NCBI GenBank assembly: GCA_028280455.1 | Contig: JANQLT010000035.1 | Span: forward strand, 1-35,856 | Origin: Kiloniellales bacterium | GTDB taxonomy: Bacteria > Pseudomonadota > Alphaproteobacteria > Kiloniellales > JAKSDN01 | Reading direction: 5' to 3' | DNA length: 35,856 nt | Shown here: piece by piece, positions 28,124 to 35,856 of the stretch | Numbering within the stretch: the first letter of the stretch is position 1 | Layout: every line of letters begins with the position of its first letter | Notes under the pieces: model-generated | What the model was told of the DNA's origin: nothing | Seen by the model: only the letters and a program-made list of their open reading frames with translations | The model's database searches: none | Position numbers and translations under genes: made by a program

Positions 28124-29392
28124 CTACTCGGGCAGCGCCGGCGGGTCGTCGTGATAGGTGCGCATGAAGGCGATGATCGCAGCGCGGTCCGCTTCCTTGC
28201 GCAGGCCGGCGAAGGTCATCTTGTTGCCCGGCGCCCAGTCCTTCGGCTTGGTCAGGAAGGCCAGGAGGTTCTCGTAGGTCCAGGTCTCGCCGGCCTTCTC
28301 CTTGAGCGCGTCGGAGTACTTGAAGCTCTCCACCGCCGCCACGTTGCGGCCGAGCACGCCGTAGAGGTTGGGGCCGATCTTGTTCTTGCCGCCCTGCTCG
28401 AAGGTGTGACAGGCCGTGCACTTGCGCGAGACCTTCTTGGCCTGGGCCGGGTCGGCCGCGGCGACCTGGGCCGCCAGGCCGCTGCCGCCGCCGTCGGCCG
28501 CCGCCTGCTGCGTCGCAGCCTCGCCGGTCGCTGTTGCCGCCTCGGTGGCGGTCGCGGCCTCGCCCGTCGTCGTGGCTTCCTGCACCGCCTCCGCGGCGCT
28601 CTGCATCGTCTGCTCGGCGGCCTCGCCGGCCGCCTGGGCCGCGGCGCCGACCGCCGCCGCCGCTTCCTCGGCCACCTCGCTAGCGCCCTCGGCCGCTTCC
28701 TCGGCCATCTCGGTGGCGCTCTCGGCCACTTCCTCGGCCATCTCGCCGGCGCTTTCGGCCGCCTCCTGGACGGCCTCGACCACCGTCTCGACCATGCTCT
28801 CGGCCTCCTCGGCCGGCGCCGCCTCGGACAGCTCCTCGGGGCTCGGCAGGGGCACGGGGCTGGCGCTCTTGCTGCGCATGTAGGCGACGATGGCCGCGCG
28901 GTCGCCGACCTTCTTGAGGCCGGCGAAGCTCATCTTGGTGCCCGGCGCCCAGTCCTTCGGCTTGGCCAGGAAGGCATTGAGGTTATCGTAGGACCAGACG
29001 TCGCTCGCGCGGTCCCGCAGGGCGTCCGAGTAGGCGAAGGCCGCGTTCGCCGCCACCTGCTGGCCGACCATGTTCCAGAGGTTGGGGCCGACCTTGTTGG
29101 CGCCGCCCTCGTCGAAGGTATGGCAGGCCGTGCATTTCTTGGCGACCGTCTCGCCGGCACCGAGATCGGCCTCGGCCAGGAGCGCCAGGATCGGCTCGGG
29201 GCCCGCCGGGGCCTCTTCCACCGCTTCCTCGGCGCCCGTCGCGGTCGCCGCGGCGAGGTAGACCGGCGCGTCGAGCGCGTGGTGGCTGGTCGTCAGCTTG
29301 GCGACGAAACCGGCGGTCATGGCGACTACGCCGGCCAGAAGCAGCGACGCGACAATCTTGTTGAGCTCGAGAGATGACATGGACAACCCCAA
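28124..29392 (-). CDS. membrane-anchored di-heme cytochrome c (two class I cytochrome c domains joined by an acidic low-complexity linker)
   Basis: An N-terminal TM anchor is followed by two CTACHTF heme-binding motifs, each with a downstream Met-containing cyt c fold (KMSFAGL / KMTFAGL). The ~110-aa Ala/Glu-rich linker has internal repeats. The start is probably the ATG at 29380 (MSSLELNK...); the ORF track opens at a TTG at 29392. Confidence 0.8.
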   Translation of the reverse strand: MGLSMSSLELNKIVASLLLAGVVAMTAGFVAKLTTSHHALDAPVYLAAATATGAEEAVEEAPAGPEPILALLAEADLGAGETVAKKCTACHTFDEGGANKVGPNLWNMVGQQVAANAAFAYSDALRDRASDVWSYDNLNAFLAKPKDWAPGTKMSFAGLKKVGDRAAIVAYMRSKSASPVPLPSPEELSEAAPAEEAESMVETVVEAVQEAAESAGEMAEEVAESATEMAEEAAEGASEVAEEAAAAVGAAAQAAGEAAEQTMQSAAEAVQEATTTGEAATATEAATATGEAATQQAAADGGGSGLAAQVAAADPAQAKKVSRKCTACHTFEQGGKNKIGPNLYGVLGRNVAAVESFKYSDALKEKAGETWTYENLLAFLTKPKDWAPGNKMTFAGLRKEADRAAIIAFMRTYHDDPPALPE

Positions 29393-29511
29393 GGGCCTGC
29401 GATCGGCAGCGGGACATTAGCCGCAGGCCCCTGCGGGTTCAATGCCAGGGATAATCGCAAAAACCGATGTCTGAGGGCCTTTGCCGTGGGCTTTCCGGCC
29501 CCGGCAGGGCT

Positions 29512-30333
29512 TCAGAGCCCGAGCAGCTCCGGCATGCCGTAGAGGCCGGCCGGCCGGTCCCGCAGCCAGAGCGCGGCCCGCACGGCGCCCCGGGCGTAGA
29601 TCGCGCGGCTCGAGGCCTTGTGGGTCAGCTCCAGCCGCTCGCCGTCGCTGGCGAAGACCACCGTGTGGTCGCCGACCGCGTCGCCGCCGCGCAGCACGGC
29701 GAAGCCGATGTCGCCGCGCCGCCGCGCCCCGGTCAGGCCGTCGCGGCCCCGGTCGGCGACGGCCTCCAGATCGACGCCGCGCCCCGCCGCCGCCGCCCGT
29801 CCGAGGCCGAGGGCCGTGCCCGAGGGCGCGTCCACCTTGTGGCGGTGGTGCATCTCCAGAACCTCGATATCGAAATCCGCGTCGAGCGCGGCCGCCGTGC
29901 GCTCGACCAGCGACATCAGCAGGCTGACCCCGAAGCTCATGTTCGGCGCCTGGAAGATCGCGGTCTGCCCGGCCGCCTCGAGCAGGGCGGCCTGCTGCCC
30001 GGCGTCCAGGCCGGTGGTGCCGATGACGTGGCGGGTGCCCGAGGCCGCCGCCAGGCGGGCATGGGCCACCGTCGCCGCCGGCGAGGAGAACTCGATCACC
30101 GCATCGGCCGCGGCGATCAGGGCCGCGCAGTCGTCGTGCAGGGCGCTGCCGATCGGCCCGATCGCCGCCAGCTCGCCGAGGTCGCGGCTGAGATCGCCGT
30201 GCCCGGCCTGCTCGACGCCGCCGGCCAGGCGGCAGCCCTCGGTCTCGTGGATCGTCTGCACCAGCATGCGCCCCATGCGCCCGGCCGCGCCGATCACGCC
30301 GATCGTCCACTCGTCCGTCGCTGCCTCGCCCAT
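29512..30333 (-). CDS. dapB: 4-hydroxy-tetrahydrodipicolinate reductase
   Basis: MGEAATDEWTIGVIGAAGRMGRMLVQ ... HVIGTTGLDAGQQAAL ... EMHHRHKVDAPSGTAL ... LELTHKASSRAIYARGAVRAALWL aligns along its whole length with DapB. A GTG at 30351 is an alternative start. Confidence 0.9.
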   Translation of the reverse strand: MGEAATDEWTIGVIGAAGRMGRMLVQTIHETEGCRLAGGVEQAGHGDLSRDLGELAAIGPIGSALHDDCAALIAAADAVIEFSSPAATVAHARLAAASGTRHVIGTTGLDAGQQAALLEAAGQTAIFQAPNMSFGVSLLMSLVERTAAALDADFDIEVLEMHHRHKVDAPSGTALGLGRAAAAGRGVDLEAVADRGRDGLTGARRRGDIGFAVLRGGDAVGDHTVVFASDGERLELTHKASSRAIYARGAVRAALWLRDRPAGLYGMPELLGL

Positions 30334-30417
30334 GGCTCCCTCCTGCGTCACGAGAGGGTTTTACCCTGTCGACGGGGCGCGGCAAAAGCGCCGCGGCTTG
30401 ACGCCGGCAGGCGCCTG

Positions 30418-31083
30418 ATGCTTGCTCGCGCCATGCCTCGCCCCCAGCCCGACGCCCAGGGATTCCTCGCGCTCTGGCCGACCCTGATGCTGCAGCGCCG
30501 GCTGCCCGGCCACGAGCACGCCAACCGGGCGCTGCAGCGCCTGATCCTCGAGATGGAGAGCGCGCATGGCAGCGACCTGACGACCGACTACCGCTCCGGC
30601 AACCTGCTGGCGCAGGACAACCCGGCCATCGCCTGGCTCAAGGACTGCATCAACAAGTCGATCGTCGACCTGCTGACCCGGGCCGGCATGCGCTTCCAGG
30701 TCGACTGGGGCCTGCAGGGCTGGGCCAACGTCAACCGCTTCGGCGACTATCACGACCTGCACAACCACCCGCACGCCTACCTGAGCGGCACCTACTACGT
30801 CGCGGTCCCGAAGCCCGAGACCCCGGTCGCCACGCGGCCGGACGCCCGGCCCGGCTGCATCACCTTCTACGATCCGCGCGGCGCCGTGAACATGACGGCG
30901 ATCCGCGACGACCCGCAGATCGAGGCCGAGCACACCGTCCAGCCGGAGCCGGGCATGATCCTGCTCTGGCCGGCCTTCCTGCATCACTTCGTGCACCCGA
31001 ACCTGGCCGAGGCGCCGCGCATCTCGATCAGCTTCAATGCCGTGCTGAAGTGGTCCGACGCCTACCTGCCGGATCAACGCTGA
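30418..31083 (+). CDS. 2OG-Fe(II) oxygenase superfamily protein (TIGR02466-like)
   Basis: DYHDLHNHPHAYLSGTYYVAVP ... ILLWPAFLHHFVHPN ... RISISFN shows His/Asp-type iron ligands in a double-stranded beta-helix pattern. An alternative start lies at 30433. Confidence 0.6.
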   Translation: MLARAMPRPQPDAQGFLALWPTLMLQRRLPGHEHANRALQRLILEMESAHGSDLTTDYRSGNLLAQDNPAIAWLKDCINKSIVDLLTRAGMRFQVDWGLQGWANVNRFGDYHDLHNHPHAYLSGTYYVAVPKPETPVATRPDARPGCITFYDPRGAVNMTAIRDDPQIEAEHTVQPEPGMILLWPAFLHHFVHPNLAEAPRISISFNAVLKWSDAYLPDQR

Positions 31084-31094
31084 GGCCCGCGGAC

Positions 31095-31601
31095 ATGACT
31101 CTCTCGATCCGCCCAGCCAAACCCGAGGACGCCGCGGTCATCCTGGCGATGAGCCGGCGCTTCGCCGAGGAGGTCGGCGACATTCCCTCGGCGCTGACGG
31201 AAGAGGTCTTTCGCCGGGACGGCTTCGGCGCCGAAGCCTGGTTCCAGGCCTTCGTGGCCGAGACCGGCGAGGGGCCGGCGGGCTACGCCATCATCAACCG
31301 GGCCTTCGATCCCCTGACCGCCAGCCGCGGCCTGTTCCTGGCCGACCTCTACGTGACGGCGGAGCGGCGCAGCCGGGGCATCGGCCTGGCGATCATGCGC
31401 TATCTCGCCCGCTACGCCCGCTCCCTGGACGGTCAGTGGATGGTCTGGGACGTGCCCGACGAAGGCAGCCGCGCCCAGGCCTTCTACCGCTCGCTGGGCG
31501 CCGAGCCGCGCGAGAAGCTCTTCGAGCTCTCGACGATGATCCTGCAGGTCGAGGCGCTGGAAGCGCTGGCCGAGTCGGATGCTTCCGGGCAGTCGGCCTG
31601 A
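31095..31601 (+). CDS. GNAT family N-acetyltransferase
   Basis: MTLSIRPAKPEDAAVILAMSRRF ... LFLADLYVTAERRSRGIGLAIMRYLARYA carries the acetyl-CoA-binding motif RRSRGIG. It starts 11 nt after the upstream oxygenase-like gene. Confidence 0.8.
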   Translation: MTLSIRPAKPEDAAVILAMSRRFAEEVGDIPSALTEEVFRRDGFGAEAWFQAFVAETGEGPAGYAIINRAFDPLTASRGLFLADLYVTAERRSRGIGLAIMRYLARYARSLDGQWMVWDVPDEGSRAQAFYRSLGAEPREKLFELSTMILQVEALEALAESDASGQSA

Positions 31602-31820
31602 TCAGGCCTCGAGGTCTCTCGCCTGCCGCCCGCAACGCTCGATCTGCGAGCGGAAGCGGCGGCGGTGCTCGGCGGGCATGTCCGGGGCCTCGTCGAGGAA
31701 GCGCTGGTAGGCCCGTTTCGCTTCCTGGGCGCGGCGCGCGCTCGGCGGCTCGCCGCCGCCCCGCAGGAAGGGGAAACGTCCGTTGATCTCGAACAGCAGG
31801 GTCGCGGAGACGGCTGACAT
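31602..31820 (-). CDS. hypothetical small protein (72 aa)
   Basis: From the ATG at 31820: MSAVSATLLFEINGRFPFLRGGGEPPSARRAQEAKRAYQRFLDEAPDMPAEHRRRFRSQIERCGRQARDLEA. No family recognised. Codon bias is consistent with coding. Confidence 0.35.
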   Translation of the reverse strand: MSAVSATLLFEINGRFPFLRGGGEPPSARRAQEAKRAYQRFLDEAPDMPAEHRRRFRSQIERCGRQARDLEA

Positions 31821-31975
31821 GACCTGGGCTCTTTCCTGTTGCCGGCGGCGTGCGCCAATTGCCTCTGACCCAGTAGATGGGGGCGGCCGCGGCCCGGCGA
31901 AGTGACGCAAGTCACAGGCGGGCCGCTCAATCGCGGCACCCGCGCAGGGCCCAAAAGAGAAGCCGATTCAGCCTT

Positions 31976-33496
31976 TTACGAAGGACGTTCCGGGCCCGCG
32001 AATGGCCGGCCCAGGGGCCCGAGGCGGACGCCGGGGCGCAGCTTCTCGTAGGGCACGCCGTCCAGCCGGCAGGGGTTGGCGCCCGGCGCCTCGGCGTTGA
32101 GGACCGCTGCGGCGATGGGCTCGAAGTCGGCCCGGAAGTGCACCGTGCTCTTGACCGCGACCAGCCGCTGCGCCGCCGGCTCGATGCCGATGTGCCGGAA
32201 CATCGCCAGGTCGAGGCACTGGCAGCGCTTGGAGCCGACCAGGACCCGGATGTCGGCGCCGCCGTCGAGCACGCGCAGGACCGCCGTCGGGCCGAGCTCG
32301 GCGACGCTGCCGGCGTACATCTCGCCGGTGAAGGGGAAGTGCCCGTCGCTCAGCGCCTCGACCCGGTAGCGCGCCTCGAAGGCCCCCAGGCCGGCCAACC
32401 CCGACTTGCCGCCCAGGGCGGCCGTGAGCTCCGCGCCGACGCCGCTCGCTTGGGCCTGCGCGGCGACCTCGGGGTCGTTGAGCAGGCCGAGCACCGCGCC
32501 CTGGGCGCCCGCCGCGACCATCGCCGCCAGCAGCCCGGTGCTGTCGGAGGTCGCGCCGGCGCCCGGGTTGTCCTGCACGTCGGCGATGACCACCGGCTTG
32601 CCGGCGTCCGTCGCCATGGCGGCCTCGACCGCCGCCGCCGGGGTCATCAGGCCGGCATCGAAATCGGATTCGGCCGCTTCGAGCGCGGCCAGCAGGCGCT
32701 CGGCCTCGGCCGCCGCCGCGGCCGGGCCGGTCGCGTAGGCGACGACGGCGGGGCCGGCGTCGAAGATGTCTGCCGCCGGAAAGCCCATGGCGATGTCGGC
32801 CGAGACCAGTTCGCCCTCTGCCGCCGCATCGAGCAGGGCGTAGAGCTCGCGGCAGGGCGTCGCCCCGGTGTATTGCGCCGACAGCGGCACCAGGAAGGGC
32901 GCCTGGCGGAAGGCGCCGTGCAGCCGCTCGCCCGCGAGCTGACGCCGCAGCAGCGCGAAGGCGCGGGCGCCGGTCTCCGCCATGTCGATATGCGGGTAGC
33001 TGCGGAAGATCGTGATCGACGAAGCGTGGCGCAGCATCGCCTCGGTGACGTTGGCGTGCAGGTCCAGACTGACGGCGATCGGCAAGGCCTCGCCGACCGC
33101 GGCGCGGATGCGCGACAGCAGCGCGCCCTCGCCGTCCTGCGCCGACTCGGTGACCATGGCGCCGTGCAGGTCGAGATAGAGAGCGTCGATGTCGCCCGCC
33201 GCCCGCAGGCCCTCCAGGACGATCCCGGCGATGCGCTCGAAGGCCTCGTCGGTGACATGGGCCGAGGGCTCGGCCGAGCACCAGACGATCGGGACCAGCG
33301 CGATGTCGCTGGCCGCGCTCGCCGCCTCGATGAAGCCGGCGATCGGCAGGTTGACGCCGGCGGTGCCGCCGACCACCTCGTCGCCTCGTAGCAGGCCGGG
33401 CCAGGCGTCGGCCTCCTCGAACTCGGCGAAGCCGGCCTTGGTGGCGCCGAAGGTGTTGGTCTCGTGCTGGAAGCCGGCGACGGCGATGCGGGTCAT
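31976..33496 (-). CDS. M81 family metallopeptidase (microcystinase MlrC-like; DUF1485/DUF1446 architecture)
   Basis: From the ATG at 33496: MTRIAVAGFQHETNTFGATKAGFAEFEEADAWPGLLRGDE ... The length (~506 aa) and N-terminal motif are typical of MlrC-family proteins. Confidence 0.75.
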   Translation of the reverse strand: MTRIAVAGFQHETNTFGATKAGFAEFEEADAWPGLLRGDEVVGGTAGVNLPIAGFIEAASAASDIALVPIVWCSAEPSAHVTDEAFERIAGIVLEGLRAAGDIDALYLDLHGAMVTESAQDGEGALLSRIRAAVGEALPIAVSLDLHANVTEAMLRHASSITIFRSYPHIDMAETGARAFALLRRQLAGERLHGAFRQAPFLVPLSAQYTGATPCRELYALLDAAAEGELVSADIAMGFPAADIFDAGPAVVAYATGPAAAAAEAERLLAALEAAESDFDAGLMTPAAAVEAAMATDAGKPVVIADVQDNPGAGATSDSTGLLAAMVAAGAQGAVLGLLNDPEVAAQAQASGVGAELTAALGGKSGLAGLGAFEARYRVEALSDGHFPFTGEMYAGSVAELGPTAVLRVLDGGADIRVLVGSKRCQCLDLAMFRHIGIEPAAQRLVAVKSTVHFRADFEPIAAAVLNAEAPGANPCRLDGVPYEKLRPGVRLGPLGRPFAGPERPS

Positions 33497-33519
33497 GGCG
33501 GGCGGACCGAAGCTCGCAG

Positions 33520-34653
33520 CTAGTCGGTCAGGTCTTCCCAGAATTCCTTGACCCGGGAGAAGAAGCCGTGGGCCTCGGGGCTGTGCTTGCGCTGCTCGGA
33601 GCCGGCCTCGAATTCCTTGAGCAGCTCCTTCTGCTTCTTGGTCAGGTTGACCGGGGTCTCGACCTTGGCATGGACGTACATGTCGCCGCGCGCGCTGGAG
33701 CGCAGCACGCTCATGCCCTTCTCCTTGAGGCGGTAGCGCTGGCCGCTCTGGGTGCCGGACTGGATGGTGATGCGCGCCCGGCTGCCGTCGATGCTCGGCA
33801 CCTCCAAGGTGCCGCCGAGCGCCGCGGTGACCATGGAGATCGGCACCTGGCAGTGGATGTCGGCGCCGTCGCGCTGGAAGATGCGGTGCGGCTTGGTCGC
33901 CAGGAAGATGTAGAGGTCGCCCGACTGGCCGCCCTGCAGCCCGGCCTCGCCCTCGCCGGACAGGCGGATTCGCGTGCCGTCCTCGACGCCGGCCGGGATC
34001 GTCACCTGCAGGGTCTTCTCCTTGTGCACGCGGCCGCTGCCGCTGCAGCTCTTGCAGGGGTTCTCGATCACCCGGCCGTTGCCGCCGCAGGTCGGGCAGG
34101 TCCGCTCGACGGTGAAGAAGCCCTGCTGCGCGCGCATCCGGCCGCGGCCCTGGCACATCTGGCAGGTGACCGGCGTGCTGCCCTTCTCGGCGCCGCTGCC
34201 CGAGCAGGAGTCGCAGGTGACGCTGGTCGGCACGCGGACCTGCGCGCTCTTGCCCTCGAAAGCCTCCTCGAGGGTCACTTCCATGTTGTAGCGCAGGTCG
34301 GCGCCGCGCCGGCTGCCGCCGCGCCGGCGCCCGGCACCGCCCATGAACTCGCCGAACATCTCGTCGAAGATGTCGGCGAAGCCGCCGGCGAAGTCGAAGC
34401 CCTGGGCGCCGCGCGGCCCGCCGCCGTTCTCGAAGGCGGCATGGCCGAAGCGGTCGTAGGTCGCGCGGGCCTCGTTGTCCTTGAGGACGCCGTAGGCCTC
34501 GTTGATGTCCTTGAACTTCTGCTCGGCGGCGGGATCGTCCGGGTTCTTGTCCGGGTGATACTGCATGGCCAGCTTGCGGTAGGCCTTCTTCAGCTCTTCC
34601 GCGCTGGCCCCGCGATTAACGCCGAGCGTCTCGTAATAGTCCTGCTTGGCCAT
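33520..34653 (-). CDS. dnaJ: molecular chaperone DnaJ
   Basis: J-domain [38 protein letters not shown], a Gly/Phe-rich region, four CxxCxGxG zinc-finger repeats and a C-terminal domain are all present. Confidence 0.97.
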   Translation of the reverse strand: MAKQDYYETLGVNRGASAEELKKAYRKLAMQYHPDKNPDDPAAEQKFKDINEAYGVLKDNEARATYDRFGHAAFENGGGPRGAQGFDFAGGFADIFDEMFGEFMGGAGRRRGGSRRGADLRYNMEVTLEEAFEGKSAQVRVPTSVTCDSCSGSGAEKGSTPVTCQMCQGRGRMRAQQGFFTVERTCPTCGGNGRVIENPCKSCSGSGRVHKEKTLQVTIPAGVEDGTRIRLSGEGEAGLQGGQSGDLYIFLATKPHRIFQRDGADIHCQVPISMVTAALGGTLEVPSIDGSRARITIQSGTQSGQRYRLKEKGMSVLRSSARGDMYVHAKVETPVNLTKKQKELLKEFEAGSEQRKHSPEAHGFFSRVKEFWEDLTD

Positions 34654-34688
34654 CGAGCGGCTTGCCCCTTACCACCGACGCCGGTCTA

Positions 34689-34812
34689 GAGCGTTTTCCG
34701 ATCGGACGGCACCGGCCCGCTCCCCCTCCCGGCCACCCGATAGGATACTGCCGTGGGTGGCCGGGAGGGGGAGCGGGCCGGTGCCGTGATTCCGCGCCAG
34801 CGGAAAACGCCC
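34689..34812. repeat. long palindromic element in the dnaK-dnaJ intercistronic region
   Basis: A perfect 32-bp inverted repeat cggcaccggcccgctccccctcccggccaccc (34707-34738) / gggtggccgggagggggagcgggccggtgccg (34755-34786) flanks a 16-nt loop. It extends outward through gcgttttccg / cggaaaacgc. Confidence 0.8.
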
Positions 34813-34890
34813 TAGGCGAAGGGCCGGCCGCCTGCGTTCCGCCATTGCGGTCTGCATCTGGAACCGGCCCTTCATGCTCGGATGCTCCGA

Positions 34891-35856
<966 letters not shown>

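Noticed and set aside
34669-34875. 68-aa minus-strand ORF in the dnaJ-dnaK gap
   Set aside because: It reads straight through the 32-bp perfect palindrome and its flanks. Its sequence is dictated by the inverted repeat, not by coding constraint.

Overview
This is a high-GC window (roughly two-thirds G+C by eye) that reads like alphaproteobacterial chromosome. I saw no transposase, integrase, tRNA, rRNA or CRISPR array.

The clear housekeeping genes are:
- dnaK (C-terminal part) and dnaJ
- dapB
- argG
- rlmN
- a complete yejABEF-type peptide ABC transporter operon
- an M81 (MlrC-like) peptidase gene

Between these sit accessory-looking loci:
- a vapBC toxin-antitoxin pair
- a stand-alone S8 peptidase gene on the opposite strand between rlmN and argG
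- a four-gene minus-strand operon (asparaginase-II-like, quinone oxidoreductase, SAM methyltransferase, VOC protein)
- a flotillin-like (SPFH) membrane protein gene with an AT-rich promoter
- an IalB-family gene
- a membrane di-heme cytochrome c with an acidic linker
- a 2OG-Fe(II) oxygenase-like gene paired with a GNAT acetyltransferase
- a YafY/WYL-type regulator at the window start, next to an odd non-coding region

The intergenic DNA is the most striking part. It holds several long palindromic elements of unrelated sequence at 5861-5993, 12902-12975, 17866-17895, 21023-21127 and 34689-34812. The 21023-21127 element carries eight copies of the octamer ACACGGAT spaced 10-11 bp apart. There is also a pair of short alphaproteobacterial-type hairpin repeats at 19091-19210, a G-tract simple repeat at 28059-28123, and a CT-rich tract bounded by inverted repeats at 790-965.

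Coordinates follow the supplied ORF track, so minus-strand ends include the stop codon. Family assignments come from reading the translations; no database search was run.
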